This document shows positions 9,748 to 19,378 of a DNA stretch of 34,697 nucleotides, one piece after another. Positions within the stretch are counted from its first letter, which is position 1; each line of letters opens with the position of its first letter. Origin of the DNA: Prasinococcaceae sp. CCMP 1430 (lineage: Eukaryota; Plantae; Prasinodermophyta); assembly GCA_013416795.1 (NCBI GenBank), contig RQSC01000016.1, positions 244,740 to 279,436 of the forward strand. The letters are read 5' to 3'. Both the position numbers and the translations under genes were made by a program. Under the pieces are notes generated by a model. That model was not told where the DNA came from. It did not search any database and was given only the letters and a program-made list of their open reading frames with translations.

Positions 9748-10866
9748 GGCTGCAGCGGGCGAGAAGGCGAAGGGGTGTCGCGCGAGCGCCGCCGCGTCAG
9801 CAGGCTTGCATGCGTCGCGGGCCCTCGCTCAATCTACACGGCGTCCGCGGGTGGGGCGCGCATGCCGCGCTCGCGCAAGGGCTCGCGCGCGCGAGAGCGA
9901 GCGAGCGGCGGAGGCGGACGCAGCCACGAGCGTCCCGTCGACTGGAGCCTCGGGCAGCGAGCCGTGTCCGTCGTGAGGGGCGGAGGAGCAACGGCGTCCG
10001 CTGCGCGCCCGGCCGCGCCCCCTGCCGCGCACGCCGCCCGTCCACCCCTGCCCCAAAAAAACTAGGGCGGCGAGCGCGCGCGCGCGCGCGCGACGCGCGC
10101 GACGCGGCGCGCCGCACCTGAAGCGCGGGGGGGGGTCTCCTTTAATTCCCTGGGGAAGCCCTGCGAGTCTGTGCTCGGCAAGGCTGGAGTGGCACCCGCG
10201 CGCCGCAGGCGCGCCACCCCCCTGCGCGCGCGCGCCCGCCCCCTCCCCCCCACCCCCACCCCCCTGCGCCCCCTCCGGCCTTCCCCACGCCCCACGCGCG
10301 CGCGCGCGCCGCCGCCCGCCGCATGGCGTTTTACGTGGGGCCGATTCGCCCGCATCAAAACCCAAACCTCATCGCAAAACCACCATTTAGGATACATTTT
10401 CCAGTCTCTCAATAGGGTCCCTGTCAATCCCGTTTTGCACTGTTTCACACCGCAAAGCATTGAATACGTATGCGTGCCGCGCACGTGCGAATTGACCTCC
10501 GTTTTTTTTTTTTTTTTGCCGGGGCCGACTCCGACTGGGGGCGCTCGTCACCGCCCGTGGAGCGACGAGTGAGCGCGCGCATTTTTTTTTTGTAGGCTGC
10601 CGCTGCACACACACATTCTGTAATACATTACCGTCGTTTGTGACATTATAGTTTATATACATTCATAAATAACGGGGATGACCCATTTTATGGAGCGAAT
10701 CCGGCGCGTGCGCGCCAGCCGAGCAAAAAAAGCGGAGGAAAATGACGAAGAAAAGGGGGCAATGAAAAAAGGCCGCGCTCGGCAGGATCGCGCGCGCGCG
10801 CGGAGCCCAACTGAATTCGCCGCGGGTCCGACTTTCCGCCGCGCGGTTTCGCGCGGGCGCGGGCGG

Positions 10867-10877
10867 NNNNNNNNNNN
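10867..10877. other. Assembly gap (11 N) interrupting the 5' end of PPD4
   Basis: Run of N. Confidence 1.
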
Positions 10878-11619
10878 GCTGCTGCTCGGCGGGGGCGCGG
10901 TCGCCGCCGCAGCCGCGCTGGACCTGCGCGCGCCCGCGCCCGCGCACGCTGTCAATGGCACGGTGCAGGGGCGCATCCCCGGCGTCTCCGAGGAGGCCGA
11001 TGAGGAGGGCTTCCGCATGTACACGCGCCCCGAGGGTAAGGGCGGCGGCCACGGCGTTGGATGGTCCGAATTCCCGCCGTACCAGTTCCTGGTGCCGCCC
11101 GGCTGGGAGGAGCAGCCGGTGTCCATCGCCGACCCGGCGGGCACCGAGCTCGACCTCAAGTTCGCCTCCAAGGCCAAGAAAGGCGGCGGTGAGGCGGCCG
11201 TGCTCATCGAGCCAGTGCTGCGCTTCATGGACGTCGGCTTCAACGCCAACGTGGTGGTCACCGACGTCGGCCCCCCGCAGAAGCTCGTCGACGGCTTCGG
11301 CCCCGAGCTCATCGGCGGGCCCGTCGAGGAGTTCCAGCTCGCGCAGATGGACATCGTCACGCTGGACAACGGCCTGCCGGCGTACCGCTACGAGATCCTG
11401 CCGGCCTTCAACGGCGACCCGCACTGCTTCGTTACCATCACCGCCACGCGCAACAGGGTGTACATCCTCAACGTCAAGACGCCCGAGCCGCTGCTGCAGT
11501 TCCGCGAGCCCATGCTGCGCAAGATGGCCGAGTCGTTCAGCCCCGTCATCGCGCCCGAGGTCGAGGCGGCCCTCAAGGCCGGCACGGAGCTGCCGGCGGC
11601 CAACGTGGAGGAGGCGTAA
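10878..11619 (+). CDS. PPD4: PsbP domain-containing protein 4-like thylakoid lumen protein (5' partial)
   Basis: GRIPGVSE....GFRMYTRPEGKGGGHGVGWS..PYQFLVPPGWEEQPVSIADPAGTELDLKF matches the plant PPD4 pattern as I recall it. It is preceded by a hydrophobic signal ending in an AHA cleavage-like motif. The start is lost in the gap. Confidence 0.85.
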
Positions 11620-11737
11620 GCGCTCATGCGGCGACTAATAGGCACGGAGCCACAGCGAGCGCGGACGCGCAGCAGCGAGCGACGCTCGGCGCGTAAAGCA
11701 GTAGTGTACGACGGACCGCGCTCGTCGCGCGCGTGCA

Positions 11738-12400
11738 TTGGTCGTGTGCGCGTGCGCGGGGGCGCGGGCGTGTGTGCGCGGGCGTGTGCGAGTGCCTGCC
11801 TGTGCAAGCGTGCGTCTGCGCGTGTGTGCGGGGGCGCACGCGTGCGTGCGCGCGTGCGATGATACCGTCGAAATGAATGGACGCGTGCATTCGCGGCGTC
11901 GACGGCCTCCACCTGCGCCGACCCGTCGGCAGCCGCGCCACCTCGGCCCTCACGTCCCAATTCGGGGTGCAGGTGCTTCGCCTTCTTTTGTGATGGTCCG
12001 CGCACATTTGCGCCTCCCACACATTGCTAAGGCATGTAGACAAACATGACTGTCATATGCGAATGTGACGTGACATCTCATTGTCACATAGCCTGGTCTC
12101 AGAAAAGTCCTTTGCGCACACATGCATACAAAAAGAGACCGCACGCGCGCGCACACGCGCCCACGCCTGCACACTCGCACGCGCCTGGCCACGACGCGCA
12201 CGCCCGCGCCCACGCGCCCACGAGAGCATGCGCGTACGTCACAGCCCGCACGCGCACGGCGCACGCGCCTGGCCAGGCCGCACGCGCGTAACGCACACAC
12301 ATGCACCCGCACGTGCGCACGCGCAGCACACAACACAGAGCACACCCGCATCTGCCCGCGTCCCTGCCCGCTGCACACGCCCGCGCTCCGCGTCCGCCAC
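11738..12400. repeat. Low-complexity alternating purine-pyrimidine arms (GT-rich 11738-11860, CA-rich about 12138-12400) around a less GC-rich core
   Basis: Visible composition switch; no credible protein in any frame. Confidence 0.7.
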
Positions 12401-12770
12401 GCTGGCGGTCCCACCTCTTCGCCGGCGGCGGCGCGGCGCTGCCGCCCGCGTGCCGGAACGCATGCGCGCCCGCGCGCGCTGAACTCTCCCGTGGGTAGTA
12501 CTAGGCGCGCGTAAGAGCTGGCGCCGGCGCGCACCGCGCGCGCGCGCCCCGTCCAAACCCGAACCCCGCGCCGAATTTCACACCTCAAAAAGCATTCGCG
12601 AATCGCTTCATACAAACCCTGAACAGTGTGCCGGGCTGGCGCCGCGCGCGGCGCGCGAACGCGGGGTCCGGGGTCGGAAGAGGATCATGCGCGCGTGAGC
12701 ACGTGGTCGCGTGAACACACGCGTGTCAGGTTGGTTGGTTGTGTGGGTGGGGTGGCGTGGGGTGGAGTGG

Positions 12771-12819
12771 NNNNNNNNNNNNNNNNNNNNNNNNNNNNNN
12801 NNNNNNNNNNNNNNNNNNN
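12771..12819. other. Assembly gap (49 N) at the 5' end of putA
   Basis: Run of N. Confidence 1.
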
Positions 12820-15800
12820 GAAGCGCGCGCCGCGGACGCGCGCGCCGCGGGCGCGCGGCCGCTCCCGCCGCTCCCCGAGATGCCGGCCGAGGACGCCGTC
12901 AAGCGGCACGGAAAGCGCGTGCTCAACGCAGCGCGCGAGAAGCGCCGCGGGGAGCGCTGGACGGTGAGCAACTGGCTCACCAAACAGGCCGAGAGTGACC
13001 CCAAGTTCAAGGTGCCCCTCTTCCGCCTCGTCGATGTGCTCCCCAGGCTGCAGTCGAGCGCGTCGGTGCTGCAGCACACCAGGGAGTACATGTCCGAGCA
13101 GGGCGCCCCCGCGAAGCTCAAGTTCATGCTCGACGCGGCCAGCACGAGCGTGGCGCGCATGGCAGGCGCGGAGACCATTGTCAATAAGAGCGTCGTCATC
13201 CCCATCGAGGAGATGGGCAGGACCTTCATCGCCGGCCAGGACGCTACGACCGCCGCGCCCGCGCTGCGGAAGCTCTGGCAGTCGGGCGTGGGCTTCAGCG
13301 TCGACCTTCTTGGCGAGGCCGTCGTGCGCAAGGAGGAGGCGGACGCGTCCCTGTCGCAGTACGCCAGCCTCATCGACCAGCTGCCCGACCTTGCGGCAGG
13401 CTGGGCGCCCAACCTGACGCTCGAGAACGACCACCTGGGCATCGTGCCGCGCGCCAACGTGAGCGTGAAGCTATCCTCGATGCTCGAGACGCTCGACCCC
13501 GTGGCCACCGAGAAGTCCATCGCCGAGCTCAAGGCGCGCTTGCGACCGCTGCTCATCGAGGCCGGCAGGAAGGGCGTGCATGTCAACTTCGACATGGAGG
13601 AGCATAAATTGAAGGACCTCACGCTCCGCATCGTGCGCGAGCTGTGTGAGGAGGTGGACTTCTCCGCGGGCTACTCGCATCAGGCGTACCTCCGCTCCAC
13701 GGAGCGCGACGCGCAGGACATGATCGACTGGGCGCGCGCCAGCGGGCGCATCATCCAGGCGCGCCTCGTCAAGGGTGCCTACTGGGACCACGAGACCATC
13801 CACGCGGAGCAGATGGGGTGGCCTACGCCGGTGTGGAGCCGCAAGGTGGAGACCGACGCCGCCTGGGAGCGCACCGCGTGGCGCATGCTCACGCAGTATC
13901 CTCGCGAGCCCGGCGAGGGCGGCGTGACGCTCGCGCTGGGCACGCACAACGCGCGCTCGATCGGATTCGCGCTCGCGGCGCTCGAGCAGCTTGAGCTGAA
14001 GGAGAACGCCATCGAGGTGCAGAACCTGCGCGGCATGGCCGGCGGCATCCGCGACGCCTGCGCGGCGCTGGGGCTGCGCACGCGAGAGTACGTTCCCATC
14101 GGCCAGGTGGTTCCCGGCATGAGCTACCTCGTGCGCCGCCTGCTGGAGAACACCTCCAACCAGTCGTGGCTGCTGAACGCCGAAGGCGCGAACCGCGGCG
14201 CGGACGACTTGGCGCTCTTGGCGTCCCCGCACGCGGCCATCCCGGTCGCCAGTGAGTGCAGCCCTAGCCCGAATTCAGACCAGGCCATCTGGCACGAGCT
14301 CTCGGTGGCCGTCGAGGGTGTGGGCGATGGCAAGCCCTTCGTGAACGAGCCGTCGCGCGACTTCAGCGACGCCGCGCAGAGGGAGGGCCTAGCGGCGGCC
14401 ATCGAGCGCCGCTCGGCGCAGTTGCTGAAGGATGGTCCACCCGCGCCGGCTGAAGCGAGCGCGGCCGATGCCGACGACGCCGTCGCGCGCGCGGTCGCCG
14501 CGGCGGCGGCGTGGGCCGCCGTGTCGCCGAGGGAGCGTGCGGCGATCGCCGTGCGCGTGGCTGCGATCATACGCGAGCGTCGGGACGACGTGACGGCGTG
14601 CATCATGCACGACACCGGCAAGGGCTGGGCAGACGCCGATGCCGAAACGGCCGAGGGAATCGATTTCCCGGAGTACTACGCTCGCGAGGCCGTGCAGCTC
14701 TGCGAGCCGCAGTCGCTGGGCAAGTTCGTGGGGGAGGAAAACACGCTCCTCCACCGGCCGCGCGGCGTTGCGGTGGTCATCGCACCGTGGAATTTCCCCT
14801 TCGCCATCCTGTGCGGCATGACCGTCGCGGCGCTCGTCACGGGCAACCCTGTCATCATGAAGCCCGCCGAGCAGACGCCCGCCACCGCCGAGATGCTGCA
14901 CTCCATCCTGCTCGAGGCTGGCGCACCGCCCAGCTGCGTGCAGCTGCTGCACGGCCGGGGCGAGGTCGTGGGCGAGGCGCTCACCTCCAACACGGACGTG
15001 GCGACCATCCTCTTCACTGGCTCGAAGGATGTGGGGCTGCACATCGCTCAGAAGGTGGCGGCGGTGGACGAGGGACTGAAGCAGTGCCGCAAGGTCATCG
15101 CTGAGATGGGCGGCAAGAACGCCATCATCGTCGATGAGTCCGCCGACATGGACGAGGCCGTGCAGGGCGTGGTGCGCGCCGCTTTCGGCTTCCAAGGCCA
15201 AAAGTGCTCGGCGGCCTCGCGCGTGGTGGTGCACGAGGCCGTGTACGACGAGTTCCTGGAGCGCCTCGAGGGGGCCACGCGCGACCGTGTGGTGGGCGAC
15301 CCGCGCGATCCTGCGACCGACATCGGGCCCATGATCGACGCGGATGCGCGCGCCAAGAGCTTGGGCCATGTTGCCGACGCTATGGCAGCATGCCAGGCCT
15401 CAGGCCACGACGAGGCTGCCGAAAACGGCGCCAGGCTCGTCTTCGCGGGCGTGGCGCCCACGCCGGGCGCCGAACTCATGCCCGGGAGGCACTACGTGCC
15501 CCCGCACATCTTCGCCGTCAACGGGGACTCTCCAGTTGACCTGTGGCGCTCGGAGGTCTTTGGTCCCGTGCTCGCCGTCGCCAAGGCGCGCGAAATCGAC
15601 CACGCCATCGATCTGGCCAATGACTCGGACTACAAGCTGACGGGCGCGCTGTACTCGCGGACGCCGAGCCACATCGAGGCGGTGCGCAAGAAATTCAAGG
15701 TCGGCAACCTGTACATCAACCGTGATCCCACGGGAGCCTTGGTGGGCAGGCAGCCTTTCGGGGGAGGAGGTATGAGTGGGGTGGGGCCGGAGAAGGCCGG

Positions 15801-15891
15801 CGGCAAGAATTATCTGCCGGCGCTCGTTGAGCCGTATGTAGTCTGCGAGAACACGCAGCGTAGGGGGTTCGCGCCCGGGATGGTCCAGTGA
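12820..15891 (+). CDS. putA: Bifunctional proline dehydrogenase / P5C (GSA) dehydrogenase, bacterial PutA type (5' partial, no intron in the visible part)
   Basis: PRODH motifs SVDLLGE, NVSVKLS, FDMEE, RLVKGAYWD, LGTHN and YLVRRLLENTSN are fused to ALDH motifs IAPWNFP, KPAEQTP, FTGS, EMGGKN, GQKCSAASR (catalytic Cys), EVFGPVL and QPFGG in one open frame of about 3 kb. Confidence 0.96.
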   Translation, partial: EARAADARAAGARPLPPLPEMPAEDAVKRHGKRVLNAAREKRRGERWTVSNWLTKQAESDPKFKVPLFRLVDVLPRLQSSASVLQHTREYMSEQGAPAKLKFMLDAASTSVARMAGAETIVNKSVVIPIEEMGRTFIAGQDATTAAPALRKLWQSGVGFSVDLLGEAVVRKEEADASLSQYASLIDQLPDLAAGWAPNLTLENDHLGIVPRANVSVKLSSMLETLDPVATEKSIAELKARLRPLLIEAGRKGVHVNFDMEEHKLKDLTLRIVRELCEEVDFSAGYSHQAYLRSTERDAQDMIDWARASGRIIQARLVKGAYWDHETIHAEQMGWPTPVWSRKVETDAAWERTAWRMLTQYPREPGEGGVTLALGTHNARSIGFALAALEQLELKENAIEVQNLRGMAGGIRDACAALGLRTREYVPIGQVVPGMSYLVRRLLENTSNQSWLLNAEGANRGADDLALLASPHAAIPVASECSPSPNSDQAIWHELSVAVEGVGDGKPFVNEPSRDFSDAAQREGLAAAIERRSAQLLKDGPPAPAEASAADADDAVARAVAAAAAWAAVSPRERAAIAVRVAAIIRERRDDVTACIMHDTGKGWADADAETAEGIDFPEYYAREAVQLCEPQSLGKFVGEENTLLHRPRGVAVVIAPWNFPFAILCGMTVAALVTGNPVIMKPAEQTPATAEMLHSILLEAGAPPSCVQLLHGRGEVVGEALTSNTDVATILFTGSKDVGLHIAQKVAAVDEGLKQCRKVIAEMGGKNAIIVDESADMDEAVQGVVRAAFGFQGQKCSAASRVVVHEAVYDEFLERLEGATRDRVVGDPRDPATDIGPMIDADARAKSLGHVADAMAACQASGHDEAAENGARLVFAGVAPTPGAELMPGRHYVPPHIFAVNGDSPVDLWRSEVFGPVLAVAKAREIDHAIDLANDSDYKLTGALYSRTPSHIEAVRKKFKVGNLYINRDPTGALVGRQPFGGGGMSGVGPEKAGGKNYLPALVEPYVVCENTQRRGFAPGMVQ

Positions 15892-16557
15892 GCTCGCAGC
15901 TGGGACACGACAGTATGCTGCACCGTGGTTGATTGCGCCTGCGCAGTGGAGCGCCTTCAGAACATGCACGACCAGGGGCATATCTGCACTTGAAATTTCA
16001 TGCATTAGATGCATGCGACATTATATTTGAATGTAAGTTTGTCTTTGGAGAGTCACAGACGAGGCGTCGGTGGCGAGGGGGTCGAGCGCGCCGCGCGCCG
16101 CCGCCTCGGCCCTTCCCCCCACCCCCTCCGGCCACGTCCCCGCGATGGCGGCAGGCCTCGCCCCCGCCGGCAGGCCCGTCGCGGGCCTCGGCCGGCAACG
16201 ACCAGAGCATTCACGCACTGTACCTCTTCGTGCGCGCTTGCGTTTTGATGGGGGTTTGGCGGCATCCGAAGTGACATGGCTCGGACCTCCGCCCATTCGC
16301 GCGCCGCCCGCGAATCGCCGCGAGCGTTTACGTGTACGCAACGCAAATTCGCGCGCGCGAATTGACCGGTCGATGGCGGTGCGCGCCGCCGCGCGCGCGC
16401 GCGGCCGTTTTTTTTTTTTTTGCGAGGGGGGGCTGTTTCTGTTTCTGCTCCGCGACCTCCGACCGACCGACCGAAGTGATGCGAGAAATGATCCGACCGG
16501 CGGGTTTCTTTCGGCAGGTTGGGTCGCGGCTTTCTTTTTTTTGGGTTTGTTTGTGCA

Positions 16558-16585
16558 CTGTCTGTCTGTCTGTCTGTCTGTCTGT
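16558..16585. repeat. (CTGT)7 microsatellite upstream of the RING gene
   Basis: Direct count. Confidence 0.95.
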
Positions 16586-16707
16586 GTTCGCCGTCTGCGC
16601 CGCGCGCATTTGCGCGAGCCCCCGGAAGCTGCGGCGCCGCGCGCCACAGACAGCGCGCGCGCTGCGCGGCGCGCGTCGGCGGCGCGGCGGAGGCGCGCGG
16701 CGCGGCG

Positions 16708-18375
16708 ATGGCGGCGCCGTACTTCTGCTTCGTGTGCAATGCGGAGGTTGCCGTTGCAGACCCCGCCGCCGCGCTGCGCTGCCCGAGGTGCGGCGGCGAG
16801 TTCCTCGAGGAGCTGCCGCAAGCAGGGGGTGGCAGCGGCGATGCGGGCGCAGACGCCGCCCGGGCCGCCGGTGCCGCGGGCGGCGAGGGCGGTGTGGCTG
16901 GCGGGCCTTACGACGACCCTCGCGAGTTCATGCGCCGTCCACAGCAGAACAGGGCAGCTGACAGCTTCGGATTCGGCTTCGGGCCGGCCCGCGACGCCGC
17001 GGACACGGGCCCCGCGTTCGTGCATCCGTTCCAGCTCTTCGCTGGAGACCCGATGAGAGACTTTGGCCGTTACGGCGGCGCTGCCGCCGCGGGGGTTCCA
17101 GGGGGGCGGGCAGCTGCCGATGGCGGGCCGCACAACGACGCGCGGGGCGCACCGCAGCAGCCGCTCGATGGGGCCGCCGGGTTGGAGCAGGTGTTCGCCG
17201 ACCTGAGGGGAATGCTGGCTCAAGCGCGGACGCGTCTGCGCGAGGCGGAGCGAGAGTCGGAGCGGGGGCGTGCGGGCAGGGGCGAGCGAGCCGCCGCCGC
17301 CAACGCGATGCCTGAAGAGGGGCGCACGGGGGCGTCCGTCGACGCGGATGCGCATGGCTCGCTCCCTGGCAGCAGGGGCGCGCGTGGCGCGCAGCAGCAG
17401 AGCGCGCAGGCGGGGAGAGGCCGGCGGCCGGCGGGTGATCCCCGACTCGACCCGCTCCTGCAGATGATGGGGCAGTTGTTCGGAATACACGTGCATGTGG
17501 AGGGGGTCGATGCCGCTCCGATGGCTGGCAACCTCGGAGATTACTACACGGGCAGCCTGGACCGTCTGGCAGAGCAGCTCGCCGAGCAGTTCCCTGCGAG
17601 CGCGGCCGGCCCGCCACCTGCTTCCAAGGACGCTGTAGCTGCTCTGAAGAGCGTGACGGTGGATGCTGCGAGGGTGGCGGCCGGCGAGATGTGCTACGTG
17701 TGCCAGGAGGCATACACCGAGGGCGAGGTGGACGTGCTTGAGATGCCGTGCGGCCACCTGTTCCACAGCGCGTGCCTGAAGCCGTGGTTGGAGATACACA
17801 ACAATTGCCCAGTGTGCCGGCACGAGCTACCTACGGACGACGCCGATTACGAGAGGCAGCGCGCGGCCAGGTCGACGGGGGGGCGACGGCAGGGGGACGC
17901 TTCGAGCGACGCTGCCGCAGGGGCTGCCGCGGCCAGCGCCACCCCCGGAAGCGCCGCCGAGCAGTCGGCGGAGCGCGCCCGTGAGCAGGAGGCCGAGCGC
18001 GCCTCTGAGCGGGCGGCCGAGCGGGCCGCTCGCGGGGCGCCTGGCTCCCTCGCAGCGGCGCTGGCGGGGGCGATTGGTCGCGCGTTCGGGCAAGGCGTGG
18101 ACGCCAGCGACGGCGGCGGGGACGCCGCCAGGCGCGGCGCGGAGCGCGCCGTCGCTGAGGCCGCAGGCCGCGTCGCCGACACGGTCGCGGACTCGGTCGC
18201 CGATGCCATCGCGGACTCGTTCGACGGCGCGTTCGCCGGAGGCGATAGCCCCACGCCCGTCGATCGCACGGCCGAGCGCGCGATCTTCGACGCCAGCGAC
18301 GCCATCGCCGCCGCCGCGGATGCCGTCGCGGACGCCGTCGACGCCCTGGACAGCGACGCCGACGCCGTCGCATGA
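16708..18375 (+). CDS. RING-H2 E3 ubiquitin ligase, RNF115/RNF126 type
   Basis: N-terminal zinc ribbon YFCFVC...CPRCGGEFLEEL, then GPPPASKDAVAAL, then RING-H2 CYVC..MPCGHLFHSACLKPWLEIHNNCPVCR, and an Ala/Asp-rich tail. Confidence 0.93.
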   Translation: MAAPYFCFVCNAEVAVADPAAALRCPRCGGEFLEELPQAGGGSGDAGADAARAAGAAGGEGGVAGGPYDDPREFMRRPQQNRAADSFGFGFGPARDAADTGPAFVHPFQLFAGDPMRDFGRYGGAAAAGVPGGRAAADGGPHNDARGAPQQPLDGAAGLEQVFADLRGMLAQARTRLREAERESERGRAGRGERAAAANAMPEEGRTGASVDADAHGSLPGSRGARGAQQQSAQAGRGRRPAGDPRLDPLLQMMGQLFGIHVHVEGVDAAPMAGNLGDYYTGSLDRLAEQLAEQFPASAAGPPPASKDAVAALKSVTVDAARVAAGEMCYVCQEAYTEGEVDVLEMPCGHLFHSACLKPWLEIHNNCPVCRHELPTDDADYERQRAARSTGGRRQGDASSDAAAGAAAASATPGSAAEQSAERAREQEAERASERAAERAARGAPGSLAAALAGAIGRAFGQGVDASDGGGDAARRGAERAVAEAAGRVADTVADSVADAIADSFDGAFAGGDSPTPVDRTAERAIFDASDAIAAAADAVADAVDALDSDADAVA

Positions 18376-18413
18376 CCTCCCCTCCCCGTACGCTCGGGCC
18401 GCGCACGCGCGTT

Positions 18414-18967
18414 CGATTTTGTAGACCCTACATGTAACCTAAATTGCTTCGAGGACGAACCTGAATCCCAATGACCGGAAGCTCTCGCATGGATGGAACC
18501 GTGTGGCGCTCAACCCAGGCAGGAGACGTTGAGTTGTTAGCGCCCCACCAACCATCCGACGCCACCGACCGACCGAACCGAACCGAATACCCCCGAACTG
18601 AGAACGGGATCGATGCGCGGGGCTCGCCGTGCGAACCCTCGACGCTCGGACCACTCCCCGGGAGTCACCCGGGTCTGCACGGGACTCGCGCCGGACGCGG
18701 GCGCCGAGGGGCGATGGTGCGCTCGCGCGGGCGTCCGGCGCACATGGGGTCTACTCCTATGAGGGTCTACACGAATCGTTCGTGGAGTGCATTTTGATCA
18801 TGAGACTCCATGCGTTTTTGGGAGCGATGCGTTTAGGTTGTGTCGCGTCGCCTTCGGGCGTCCGTCCGGCGTACATGGGGTGTACGCCTGCAAGGGTCTA
18901 CAAGAATCGTTCATGCAGTGCGTTTTGATGTGTTTTTTGTGGGGGATGCGTTTGGGTTTCGGCGCGG
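18414..18967. repeat. Non-coding element with an inverted repeat and a diverged 131-bp-period tandem duplication
   Basis: Copies start at 18732 and 18863 and align by eye. CGATTTTGTAGACCCT (18414-18429) is the near reverse complement of AGGGTCTACAAGAATCG (18893-18909). Confidence 0.8.
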
Positions 18968-19186
18968 CGCGCGCGATCGCCGCCGGGCACACTTTTGGAA
19001 CGCCGGGCGCGGCGGGTGCGATACCGCCTCTTCCCGCGGGCCGGGGGCGTGGGGGGCAGGTGTGGGTGCGTTTGATGTAGTTTTGTAATGCTTTGACCCG
19101 CGGGCGGATCGGCGCGCGGTCGCGGCGCCCTTATGCGCTTATTATGCGCGCGCTCGTCGCGCTCCCGGCGGGCGCGCCACACAGCG

Positions 19187-19378
19187 CGCGCGCCGCTTCG
19201 CCAGCTGCCACTTCGTCACGTTGTGCACTACGTCGATCATCAGCGGGCGGCCCCACACACGTTTGTCGAGCGCCGCACTGCCCACGACTTCGCCGTGCCA
19301 GTTGTGAACCGGGTGCGCACCCACGCGCTCCATGCGCTTTGAGCGCTCGCGTGGGTGCTTAGTCAGCGCGCGCTCGTC
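19187..19378 (-). pseudogene. Fragment of mitochondrial ribosomal protein uL4m
   Basis: HPVHNWHGEVVG...VWGRPLMIDVVHNVTKWQLAKRR matches the organellar L4 motif D(I/V)(I/V)HxVVxWQLAKR. The expected GTxxTK continuation is absent. The fragment is bounded by the N at 19380 and a (GC)n tract at 19184-19192. Confidence 0.75.

Noticed and set aside
11870-12030. Minus-strand peptide ...WDVRAEVARLP...MHASIHFDGII, suggestive of an HUH/Rep motif
   Set aside because: Too short, no other Rep motifs, and embedded in low-complexity frames.
12101-12110. AGAAAAGTCC resembling the CR-I box of RNase MRP/P RNA
   Set aside because: No matching P4 partner (GGGGCT.A-type CR-V) was found downstream.
18411-18420. 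GTTCGAT as a tRNA T-loop or B-box
   Set aside because: No cloverleaf or A-box; it overlaps the inverted-repeat end instead.
18732-18967. Repeat-spacer (CRISPR-like) reading of the duplicated units
   Set aside because: Only two long diverged units, no unique spacers of regular length, eukaryotic context and no cas genes.
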